A stretch of 64,000 bases of DNA from positions 640,001 through 704,000 of the forward strand of contig CAVRAO010000002.1 in the NCBI GenBank assembly GCA_963719035.1. Direction: 5' to 3'. Origin of the DNA: Methanobacteriota archaeon (lineage in GTDB: Archaea; Halobacteriota; Bog-38; Methanoflorentales; Methanoflorentaceae). A program made the translations under genes and the position numbers. Below the pieces are notes generated by a model. That model was not told where the DNA came from. It ran no database searches and saw nothing but the letters and a program-made list of their open reading frames with translations. Shown here piece by piece: positions 52,089 to 61,058 of this stretch; position 1 is the first letter of the stretch; every line of letters starts with the position of its first letter.

Positions 52089-52705
52089 TGGTTCGAACCC
52101 TCAACGCAATAGAGGATACCGGCAGCTTGCGCGTCAGCCGCGGCCGATAGATCACTTACGTCGCTCAGGAGCTTAATTTCAGATCCGCCGTGCTGTCGGT
52201 AAAGGAGTCCCTTGACCGCTTGTCCGCTGATCAGACTAAGAGCGCCCATCGGGCTTTCGTGGTGAAGCACACCGATTAGCAGCGCACCAGCCGCGGCCGA
52301 TAGATCACGTACGTCGCTCAGGAGCTTAATTTCAGATCCGCCGTGCTGTCGGTAAAGGAGTCCCTTGACCGCTTGTCCGCTGACGAGTTTCAGCGATTTA
52401 TGCGCTGCGCGCAACAGCTTGAGTTCAGCGCCTTTCTCCTCTTCATACAGGACGCCGGCGATCTTTGAGCCAGGCAACAGTTGCACGTCAGCTGCCGTCT
52501 GGTCTCGATAGAGCACGCCGGCGGCTGTCGTGTCTTGCAAAAGGTGCACGTCGAATTTTGAAGCGCTTAAAAGCTTGACTTCTTCCGATTCTTTTTCAAG
52601 ATAGGTTATCCCTGTAATCTGTGATCCACTCAGCAACTCTAGTTCACCGTTTTCGTGTTCCTGGTGGATTACGCCAATAACCTTCGTTCCGCTTCGCCAT
52701 CTCAT
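52085..52705 (-). CDS. unrecognised 8x21-aa repeat protein, soluble (pair 1)
   Basis: Eight units, e.g. SGSQITGITYLEKESEEVKLL; no TM or signal peptide. Confidence 0.85.
   Translation of the reverse strand: MRWRSGTKVIGVIHQEHENGELELLSGSQITGITYLEKESEEVKLLSASKFDVHLLQDTTAAGVLYRDQTAADVQLLPGSKIAGVLYEEEKGAELKLLRAAHKSLKLVSGQAVKGLLYRQHGGSEIKLLSDVRDLSAAAGALLIGVLHHESPMGALSLISGQAVKGLLYRQHGGSEIKLLSDVSDLSAAADAQAAGILYCVEGSNQ
52135..52383. repeat. 96-bp direct repeat at 153-bp period, 1 mismatch
   Basis: 52135-52230 and 52288-52383. Confidence 0.95.
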
Positions 52706-53038
52706 CGATTGGACCCTTCAAAATGCTCTGCTGCAACTAAAGCCCCTCTTCTTATTTATCTCTAGCTAAAATGTTGCGCTTTGGCGAAATCCACCCCTTA
52801 TCCTTTGCCATACCCAAATTCAGCACGCTCAGAAGGCCCCCGTTCGACGCCTTCGATTACGCACGCTTCCAAACAAACGCGAAAAAAAAGCATGCTGACG
52901 TAAAAAACCCAACGTCTTTAAAGATCACAATGCTTCTGATCGCGCGGTCATCTTGCACGAAAAGAAGTGAGTCTACGGCTATGCAAACGAGCGCTCGCTT
53001 GCCGCAGGTTTAAGATGTTGAGATGCTATTCTACTCCT

Positions 53039-53452
53039 ATGCAGGATAAGACGTATTCAATGAACGTATCTGATATGCGAGAGGACGAAATCGATGAGGC
53101 GGTGTCAGACGCGTTGCATGGGATCGTCAAGTCACTAGACCTCTGGAAAGAAAAGAAGTCCTTCCACCAACAGGTCACTGACGTGCTGTTTGACATTTTA
53201 AGACGCCGCGATCTCACCATTTTCGATGTACTGATCAAACGTGACGAGAAGGTGTGTGAGATCCTGGACGCGCCTAAGAAAGAGGTCCCCGAGGGGAAGG
53301 TGCTTGAAGGTCCAATCGACGCCGAAACGGTAAAAATCTACAACCTGCGGTCCAAGGATCCCAATGGTAATTTTGAGCTGCTCTATGAGGACGAATTCCG
53401 AAAGGATGTCCAGATGACCCTCTATACGAAACGAAAGAGAATCAAGATGTAG
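53039..53452 (+). CDS. hypothetical protein (about 137 aa, highly charged)
   Basis: Natural-looking ORF from MQDKTY; co-oriented with the downstream ThiF-family gene; start uncertain. Confidence 0.65.
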   Translation: MQDKTYSMNVSDMREDEIDEAVSDALHGIVKSLDLWKEKKSFHQQVTDVLFDILRRRDLTIFDVLIKRDEKVCEILDAPKKEVPEGKVLEGPIDAETVKIYNLRSKDPNGNFELLYEDEFRKDVQMTLYTKRKRIKM

Positions 53453-53525
53453 TTTATCGGCTTGCGTTATTCACCCCACACTAAGGTTTGACGTTAATTT
53501 GTGAGTTTGCTTGGAGGCTTTCTTA

Positions 53526-54272
53526 ATGTCTTTGTCCGAATACGATCGTGTGCGATATCAGCGGCAAATGATGATCCCAGGCTTCGGCGAACCGGCGCAA
53601 CTGCGTCTGAAAAGCGCGACGGCACTCATCGCTGGTTTGGGGGGGCTTGGCTCACCTCTCGCACTGTATCTCGCAGCAGCTGGAGTTGGGCACCTCAAGT
53701 TAGTTGATATGGACGATGTCGAGCTGAGCAATTTGAACCGCCAGGTGTTGCACTGGGACGAGGACGTGGGCAAAGCGAAGGTCACCTCAGCATCGCAGAA
53801 AGTCAAAAGGATTAATCCAACAACCCGCGTCGAAGAGTTTAATCTGGCCATCGACGAAAAAAACGTATTCGAACTAACTAAGAACTGTGACGTCATTCTC
53901 GACGCTATGGACAACTTTGCAGTGCGGTACACGTTGAATGCAGCGGCTATTTTCCACAGAGTTCCTTTCATCCACGGCGCTATATACGGATACGAAGGGC
54001 GGATGGCAAGTGTGATGCCCGGTAAGACGGCCTGCCTTGAGTGTATCTATCCTCACGCTCCGCCACGAGAGGTGTTCCCGGTGTTAAGCACGACGCCGGG
54101 CGTGATAGGTTTGCTCCAGGCAACTGAGGCGATAAAATTTCTCACCGGCACAGGAGTGGTTTTGGAAAACGAAATGCTCATCTATGACGGTGAAACTATG
54201 AGCTTTGACAAGGTCAGAGTTTCGCGAAACCCTCAGTGCAATGCGTGCGCTGCCCTCGGGCCGGAGAGTTAG
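53526..54272 (+). CDS. HesA/MoeB/ThiF family E1-like enzyme
   Basis: RYQRQ, GLGGLG, VELSNLNRQ, CLEC..CNAC; start MSLSEY after GGAGG. Confidence 0.92.
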   Translation: MSLSEYDRVRYQRQMMIPGFGEPAQLRLKSATALIAGLGGLGSPLALYLAAAGVGHLKLVDMDDVELSNLNRQVLHWDEDVGKAKVTSASQKVKRINPTTRVEEFNLAIDEKNVFELTKNCDVILDAMDNFAVRYTLNAAAIFHRVPFIHGAIYGYEGRMASVMPGKTACLECIYPHAPPREVFPVLSTTPGVIGLLQATEAIKFLTGTGVVLENEMLIYDGETMSFDKVRVSRNPQCNACAALGPES

Positions 54273-54417
54273 CAGTTCAAAGTCTCAACCGCTCTCCTCA
54301 TTTTTCGCAGCGACAATTTATGACTTTTTTATAGTCTATCTTTCTTCTTCCTTCTTTTTGCTCGTCAGCCCCGCTGTCTAATGGATGTGTCTTTGCGCTC
54401 AAATTGGCGTCGTTAAA

Positions 54418-54672
54418 TCACTTCTTCGGCGGGCGAATCCATTGAGATAGGTCGGCGTCAAAATTAATATCAACCCCGTTTTGTTCGGGGACGGCGTTTC
54501 GAGTCACGCTAAAGATGCGCCAAACAACGAGAGATAATGCAAATAGTGCGATTCCTAGTATGCCGATGAATTTCTTGTTGCCAGCGTACAGTGCGAACAA
54601 GCTCGCAACTATCGCGATCACTACGAGCATAAGCAGGATAAGGTTCATTTTTAAAATGCGATTGAAGGCCAT
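54418..54672 (-). CDS. small two-TM membrane protein
   Basis: Two hydrophobic helices in an 84-aa ORF. Confidence 0.6.
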   Translation of the reverse strand: MAFNRILKMNLILLMLVVIAIVASLFALYAGNKKFIGILGIALFALSLVVWRIFSVTRNAVPEQNGVDINFDADLSQWIRPPKK

Positions 54673-54787
54673 CAGTGAAGCGTCCGCGTGAAATATGACA
54701 AGTGGAATAAAGACAGAAACTACATAAAGCTTGTTCGTCGGCCCGAAAAGACGGTTCTTGCGTACAGACTCACGTTAGCACGTGCGT

Positions 54788-55549
54788 TCACGTGAGCAGC
54801 ACGGCTATTATGCCAGAAAGGAAGACCCCGTCGAATGTTCCAGCGCCCCCAATTGAAGCAACTGGCGCTCCGATTTTTTTGATTGCGCCCAAATTCGTTA
54901 TGTCGGCCCCAATGAGAGTGCCGAGCACCCCGCTTATGTAGGCTACGGCGAAGCCATTTTCGATTGTTGGAACCTGTGTCAGAACGAGAACAGTATAGAT
55001 GGCAGCGACGAGCGGGGAAACTAGTGCGGGGGAGACGATCCCAACTCCCACTACAGGTCTCGAGGTTAGATGGGAAACGATCGCCACAAGAATCACCCCG
55101 ACGATCGCAACGCCAGCGATTTCCGGAAATCGCCACAAGAGGTAAAGCGAGACAATTGACGGAATGAGGGCGCCACCAACGTTAATTGCAACGACCGTTT
55201 TTTTAGAACCATCGGCGGTCGCCGGCACGCGATAGGTCATGCCGAAAATGGAGATGTACGTGTCCTGTACTATACGCGCCTGTGATTCAAGCGTGAAAAG
55301 CGGTATGTTGACAAAGCTGCCTACAAGGACCGCGACAAGTAAAAGCGCAATGGTTTGAGCGGAAAACCCGATTCGCCCGAAAGCCGCACCGATTAGTCCA
55401 AGAAAGACAAAGATAACGAGCACGACTGCGGCGAATATGACAAATGCCGTTATGACCGGTGAAAATGGACTGTAGAAGAACCTTCGATGATCTGCCAAAA
55501 ACTGTCTCCAATCAGGTCCTTTTTTCGCGTCGGTCGAGCTTGCGAACAA
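54788..55549 (-). CDS. DUF1614 family membrane protein
   Basis: GSFVNIP, AINVGGALIP, GTLIGAD, SIGGAGTFDGVFLSG. Confidence 0.88.
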   Translation of the reverse strand: MFASSTDAKKGPDWRQFLADHRRFFYSPFSPVITAFVIFAAVVLVIFVFLGLIGAAFGRIGFSAQTIALLLVAVLVGSFVNIPLFTLESQARIVQDTYISIFGMTYRVPATADGSKKTVVAINVGGALIPSIVSLYLLWRFPEIAGVAIVGVILVAIVSHLTSRPVVGVGIVSPALVSPLVAAIYTVLVLTQVPTIENGFAVAYISGVLGTLIGADITNLGAIKKIGAPVASIGGAGTFDGVFLSGIIAVLLT

Positions 55550-55957
55550 CTCAGGTAGGAGCGTGAATACCCACTAATTAAAAGTTTTTTTTGCATTGGT
55601 CAACGCGAGCGTAATAGGTATTGCGAAGCGACTGCAGCAACGAGATCGCGAGAAAAGAGGATTAGGTTTCGGCTTACTATGACCGCCTCGGCTGGCTGCT
55701 CCGCGATAATGCGAGGACGTTGGCAACTGGTCGAACGTCGTTGCGGCCCTGCCAACAACGCTTATTCGGAGCACCTCTTGGAAGAGCTGCGTTAAAATAA
55801 GCAGCGGTAGCGTTTAGAAGCAGCTTTACGAGACATGTCTCGGCGTGCTTTGCAGCAACGCCGGCTAGTTCACCTTTGCACTGCGCAACACAACAAGCTC
55901 GTTCTTGGGCTCTTGTCGAGAAGCTCAGTCAAAGGAATACAGCTTTAGCGCGCGTCA

Positions 55958-56773
55958 CTAGTATTCTCTCAAATCGAATCCTTTTGACGCTTTGACGTAG
56001 TGGTTAAACAGTCCGCGCCCCCACTCGATGCCTTGCTGGTTATAGCTGAGCAACTCGTCTGAGTAGTCGTAAGAGCCATCGAATCTAAAAAGACCGAGCA
56101 TAAAGAAATAATCAGTTACCGTTACAGCGACTTTTGGATTTTCTTCAATCACACATAGCTTAAGATTCGTCTTAAGCACATTCTTAAGCTCGCTGTGGTC
56201 CATAAGCTCTAGAATGGTGTCGCGCACTTCATCGGTTACGACGAGCCCGATCTGTATACCTTTTGCAGCGAGGTTGGCGAAAGTATCAAGCAAGTCTGGG
56301 GTGAATATGGGGAGAACCCCGCGTACCACTTTAGCTTTTTCGAGCAACTTGACAAAGGTCGAAAAGGCCTTGAAAACATCAGTTGGCGTGCTTGTCAAGA
56401 GCTGTGACTCATTCAGCACTCCTATGCTCTTAAGATAATCGTCTGGAATACTGCTTAAATCGTGTCCGAGCCAGAATTGGCCAAACTGCGTAATGACTTC
56501 AACGGTTTTTACAAAGCTTTCCAAGTGTAACGCGACAATCTTACCCGAGCTCGAAAGCAGGTAGTTACGCCTGCCGTCTTGCAAGGTAAGGCGTTGTTTC
56601 TCCAGCTCTCTAAGCGCGTGTATTGCTGCTGTTGAACTTGCTCCCGTTGCTTCACGCAATTCAGCGAGAGTTGTTGCGCCGTTATTAAGCGAGAGAATGA
56701 GGTTCTTCCGGAGATCGGAACATATCAATAACCTAGCGACGTCGGCTTGTGGTTCCAGCACCACTTCGTTCAT
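55958..56773 (-). CDS. winged-HTH regulator with DUF1724-type sensor domain (copy 1)
   Basis: SDLRKNLILSL..HALREL, FW..HDLS.IP, VTDYFFMLGLF..DGSYD, WG..LF. Confidence 0.88.
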   Translation of the reverse strand: MNEVVLEPQADVARLLICSDLRKNLILSLNNGATTLAELREATGASSTAAIHALRELEKQRLTLQDGRRNYLLSSSGKIVALHLESFVKTVEVITQFGQFWLGHDLSSIPDDYLKSIGVLNESQLLTSTPTDVFKAFSTFVKLLEKAKVVRGVLPIFTPDLLDTFANLAAKGIQIGLVVTDEVRDTILELMDHSELKNVLKTNLKLCVIEENPKVAVTVTDYFFMLGLFRFDGSYDYSDELLSYNQQGIEWGRGLFNHYVKASKGFDLREY

Positions 56774-56812
56774 TTTTATATCCCCCTGCTATTTTGTGCA
56801 GTTATTGTTTAA

Positions 56813-56860
56813 TTATATCAACGATGGTGAGTTATATCAACGATGCAACTAGATATAAAG
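56813..56860 (-). promoter_or_regulatory. TATA box followed by tandem 14-bp operator-like repeat, upstream of wHTH copy 1
   Basis: TTATATCAACGATG at 56813 and 56832 (+ strand), then AGATATAAAG after a 5-bp gap. Confidence 0.7.
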
Positions 56861-56995
56861 CTTGCTATTTTAGTTAGTCCATAGATATTGCAAACTAAAA
56901 TTGAATGGATATATAATTATTGACTATTTATGTCAATATTTGTATCTATTAGTAACAAACCCGCTTAGTAACGGGTGAACTTCTCTACGATCTAA

Positions 56996-57911
56996 TCAAA
57001 ACGCCGGCCAGCCCAAAAAGAAGGGGATCGCATATAGCGCAAGCAAAATATTCTCCCCATCTACAAGCATATCTTCGTATTTGTTTGACTCCGCATTTGC
57101 TCTCGTGTAGCGAAGGATGTACCAATATCCATAAAGGAGGCTGATCACTAAAACGATATGGTACGGGTGAAATAGACCGTTAAAAAAAGAGAAACCAATC
57201 CACACGATAAGTGTTGAGTTAAGCAGTAGCAGGAGATTTCGCGTCTTTTGCCTGCCCAGGTATAACGGTATAGTCCGCGTCCCTGCTTTTCGATCACCCT
57301 CCATATCTCGAACGTCAAGGACCACGGTGTTAATAAAAATCTTCAGAAAAATGAAATAAGCGACGAGGACGATGATGAATACGTTGCTGACATGAATGAC
57401 AATGTGGCAGAAGAACCGCTCCGAACGTAATTGCGCTGGCTATAATAAGATTCTTCATAAAAAGAGCGTGTTTTATCCTCAATTTACTCACGCCAACGCT
57501 ATAAAAGGCGCCGAGCATAAAAAGGAACGAGAATTAAGAGGATCGCATAGGGATTGGCAAAGAAAGCGAAGACTATCGCAATATTGATTGACTCAATACT
57601 TAATAAAAAGAAGATAGTTGCGGTACTTCTTTGACAAATCGAAATCTGTCGGGCAGAGTTTACGGAATCCTCTTCAAAGTCTGTGACTTTGTTAAGGCTG
57701 TATACTGACACGCCAAGAAAGAAACGTGGCAGCTAGTAACAAATAGCTGATTGACGTGCCTTGGAGCAGAAAGGAGACGTAAAGTAACCCCACTAACGCC
57801 GCTGCCGTGAAGACTGAACTAACCGTGATGAATAAGGAGATGCGTTCTAGTCGCGAGTGGGTTGTGGCAAACGAAAAAAATCAAGAAGTCCTTTTCTGAC
57901 GCTCCGTTCAA
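56996..57911 (-). pseudogene. UbiA family prenyltransferase, several frameshifts (may be assembly errors)
   Basis: YSLNKVTDFEEDSVN and DVRDMEGDRKAGTRTIP Asp-rich motifs in different frames; TTG 57911 after AGGAG. Confidence 0.8.
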
Positions 57912-57951
57912 TTCGTTTATCTCCTTGCTATTGCGTGCATCAATTGTAAAG

Positions 57952-58006
57952 TTATGTCAACGATGCTAAGTTTAGGTCAAAGATGTAAAAAGATATAAAA
58001 CTTGCT
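57952..58006 (-). promoter_or_regulatory. TATA box followed by tandem 14-bp operator-like repeat, upstream of the ubiA-family gene
   Basis: TTATGTCAACGATG at 57952, TTAGGTCAAAGATG at 57972, then AGATATAAAACTTGCT after a 5-bp gap. Confidence 0.7.
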
Positions 58007-58162
58007 GCGCTATTTTAGCATATAGATCAATACTAAACAAAGTTAAATGGAAGGATAATTGATGACTAAAAACAAAAATCTTTGTGCTAAGCTGCAACAA
58101 ATCGTCTAGCGTGAATGAGCCCGCTTGTTACGTCTTAACAAAGGTGCGAAACGGGCATATCG

Positions 58163-58998
58163 TTAAAGAACAACGACTTCTGCCTGCTCGACATAATACT
58201 CAAAGAGCTTTCTTCCCCAGCTAAGCGCGTCTTCGCTGTAGCTTAGAAGTTCGTTTGACCAGTCGTACGACCCGTCTGGCCTGAAGAAACCAAGCTCCAG
58301 AAAGTAGTCAGTGAGCGTGAATGCGATAGAAGGTTGACGTTCAATCGTATAGAGCTTGAGATTTCCTTCAAGAGCTTCTTTAAGAGCTTCTTTAAGCTCA
58401 GTTGATCCGCGTCTTTGAGCACCGCCTCTAAAACGTCAGGCGTAACGACAAGTTCAATGTAAACGCCTTTGGCCACGTAAATTTAACGAAATTAGTCGAA
58501 GAGTTCTGCGTATGAAGATAGGGGATACGCCGCGTATTTCTTTGGCGTTTTCGAGCAGCATATAGAAAGTGGAAACGATCTTAAAAAGATCGGTCGGCGT
58601 ACTGGATATAACTTCCGAATCCTCGAGGCATCCGATCTTGTCGAGCAGGCTAATCGGAATCCCGCTTAGATCGTGCTCGAGCCAAAATGCCTGTTTTTTG
58701 AGAGCGCGTTGATTGCTGACGTTGGTCTCTTCCAACTTTCGCATTACGATCTCGCCAATGTTTGTCAGCAAGTAGTTGCGTTGCTCGTCTTGATAGGTGA
58801 GATTCTCTTTTGCCAGCTCTCTTAACGCATGCACCGCCGCTGGTGAGCTGGCGCCTACTTGTTCGCTCAGTTGAGAGAGCGTGAGGCTTTTGCCATCTCG
58901 AAGTGCTTCAGCAAGATTTTTCGTAAATCAGAGCACGCTAATAGCTGGAGAATTTTATGAACGGCTTGCTCTTCTTCTTTCGTTTCAGTCTCGTTCAT
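58163..58998 (-). pseudogene. winged-HTH/DUF1724 regulator copy 2, frameshifted
   Basis: ACSDLRKNL, HALREL, FWLEHDLSGIP, STPTDLFK, DGSYDW, WGRKLFEYY over several frames; T5 instead of T6 at 58917-58921. Confidence 0.8.
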
Positions 58999-59409
58999 CT
59001 TTTTGCCCCTGCGTGCTCGTTAATCTGAAAGTAACCAACTCACCAATAGTGTTCGAATTGTATACAATTAATGGTTTCGCTTAATTTAAACTGTGTCCAT
59101 TTTATTTAGCTTTCTTTTATTCTTTAATAAGTAACATCGGATTTAACTTTTAACATTTAATTTATAGTTTAACTAAAAGTATAACTATTGATAACATTTA
59201 ATAACTTTTAAATACTTTAACAATAATTAGATTGTGCACACCTAGAGAGAGAGGCTGAGCAAAACATGAAAAACTCAACAACAAAAAATCCGAGCAACTC
59301 TAAGTGCATGCTTCGTTACGTACTAAAAAGATCAGCCACTCTCTCGCGGAGTGCGTTTAAAGACAGACAAATGATGAAGAGTCATATTATTTGCATCGAG
59401 GATGTTTAA

Positions 59410-60222
59410 ATGGCGACGGCAGACCCTTCAAGAGTTATCGGGGTTACCTATCAAGACCCAAAAGGCAAAGATGCCGTTCTGCTGAATGCACCTGATATCA
59501 AAGTCAAGCTTTTAGCGAATGCAGAGCTTTCCGGCTTCTTATTCAAAGATAAAAACAATGGCGAAGAGAATTGTCTGAACGGATTAAACATCACAGGGGT
59601 CATTTACGAAGATGAAGACTCCTCCGTTGAGAGTATTTTGACTGCCCGCAAGGTGCTGGGTATTATCTACCAAGAGAGTACGGCTGCCGACCGCACCATC
59701 TTAAGCCGGTCTAAGCTGCTGGGCGTTACGTACCAAGACGCAGGGAGCTCTGAAGTAAAACTGCTCGGCGGACCGCAGCTGAACGCACGGATCCTCAACG
59801 GCTCGAGAATTACCGGCGTCGTCTATCGAGACGAAGGGGGGATAACCGCCTCGTCCTTACGCGAATCGGTTTTAACAGGAGTGATTTACAAAGAACAAAA
59901 CGCCCGTGAGGAGGATGTCCTGACTAGTCTGAAGATCATTGGCATCATCTACCGGGATATTACACCCCCGAGTCGCGTTACACGTCGCGCACGGAAGGTG
60001 GAAGCGCCTACGGGAAATGGATTTCTCAGGGTCGAGCGCTTATTATTGTACCTCTTACCGATCATTGGCGTCCTTGGGCTCGTCGTGCCGTACACATTGG
60101 AGCAGTTTCAAACCACTATTCTGATCTCATTTCTCGCTGTGCCGTTAATTGTCATACCTGTAGCCTACCTACTCTACCACAAGTATTACGGCCGAGAGAG
60201 GTCGACCGCACACAGTTCCTAA
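59410..60222 (+). CDS. unrecognised 8x21-aa repeat protein with C-terminal TM hairpin (pair 2, anchored)
   Basis: Eight units, e.g. NGLNITGVIYEDEDSSVESIL; TM1 LYLLPIIGVLGLVVP resembles that of pair 1. Confidence 0.87.
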   Translation: MATADPSRVIGVTYQDPKGKDAVLLNAPDIKVKLLANAELSGFLFKDKNNGEENCLNGLNITGVIYEDEDSSVESILTARKVLGIIYQESTAADRTILSRSKLLGVTYQDAGSSEVKLLGGPQLNARILNGSRITGVVYRDEGGITASSLRESVLTGVIYKEQNAREEDVLTSLKIIGIIYRDITPPSRVTRRARKVEAPTGNGFLRVERLLLYLLPIIGVLGLVVPYTLEQFQTTILISFLAVPLIVIPVAYLLYHKYYGRERSTAHSS

Positions 60223-60232
60223 AGGGGTTAAC

Positions 60233-60784
60233 ATGAAGAACTTAAGTGGAGCAAAGATTACAGGCATCATCTACTTAGACGAAGTGACTGACGAAAAGAA
60301 GCTGTCTAGCAGGATGAACATTAAAGTCAAACTCTTGACTCACTCAAAAGTGGTCGGCGTCCTGTATCGGAGAGAGAGTGCCGATGAGAGTATTCTAAGT
60401 GACTTACAGCTCGACGGGCTTACGTATTGGACAACGGGAGAGGATGATGACCGGATCCTCGAAGCGTCAAAAATCACGGCCATACTGTACGGAGAGCCCG
60501 CCGCTCTCGACAACCAAGCGCTTTGTGACCTGCGGATCAAGGGTTTGATTTATCAAGACGAGGGATCCGACAAGGCAAAGCTCTTGGCAGACTTCAGTCA
60601 CACCGTGCACATCGTGCCGTGGCCACAGGTGACCGGCGTCCTCTGTCGACAAAATGGTTCTCTTGACAAGAAGATCTTTGAAAGCGCAAGCCTGAGCGGC
60701 TTTTTGTACCAGGACGAGGGTCATAAAGACGTAAATCTCGTAAGCGGGGTGAGGATATGCGGCGTTCTGTGCGAACAGGCTTGA
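60233..60784 (+). CDS. unrecognised 8x21-aa repeat protein, soluble (pair 2)
   Basis: Eight units, e.g. CDLRIKGLIYQDEGSDKAKLL; GGGGT RBS in the 10-bp gap. Confidence 0.87.
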   Translation: MKNLSGAKITGIIYLDEVTDEKKLSSRMNIKVKLLTHSKVVGVLYRRESADESILSDLQLDGLTYWTTGEDDDRILEASKITAILYGEPAALDNQALCDLRIKGLIYQDEGSDKAKLLADFSHTVHIVPWPQVTGVLCRQNGSLDKKIFESASLSGFLYQDEGHKDVNLVSGVRICGVLCEQA

Positions 60785-60905
60785 TTGCTATGATTCTTAA
60801 ACGTAGTTTCATCAATTGCGTGGACGTGAGACGTTGCGCGCTCAATGGCACTTATCCGGTCCGCAACAGAATTAGGAATTCCGCACGAAGAGGGGGGCTC
60901 CCTGC

Positions 60906-61058
60906 ATGACCGAGGCAGAAATGTTAATATGTACATGCTGTGGCAAGCCGGTCCGAATGAACCCGCTCAATGGCTACACGTTATGTCCCTTTTGCATCGC
61001 AAAAAATGAACACACGGATACACACGACACAACCGATAAAGGAGGGGTCGCTGAATGA
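60906..61058 (+). CDS. zinc-finger microprotein (50 aa; absent from the ORF track)
   Basis: Hand translation MTEAEMLICTCCGKPVRMNPLNGYTLCPFCIAKNEHTDTHDTTDKGGVAE; GAGGGGGG RBS; ATGA overlap with next gene. Confidence 0.75.
   Translation: MTEAEMLICTCCGKPVRMNPLNGYTLCPFCIAKNEHTDTHDTTDKGGVAE

Noticed and set aside
56813-56845. Direct repeats as a CRISPR mini-array
   Set aside because: Only two 14-bp copies with a 5-bp gap and no cas genes; an operator fits better
51207-60784. Repeat proteins as pentapeptide, hexapeptide (LbH), bactofilin, WD40 or S-layer proteins
   Set aside because: The 21-aa period and G-h-h-Y core match none of these as I know them, and there is no signal peptide; left unassigned pending HMM searches
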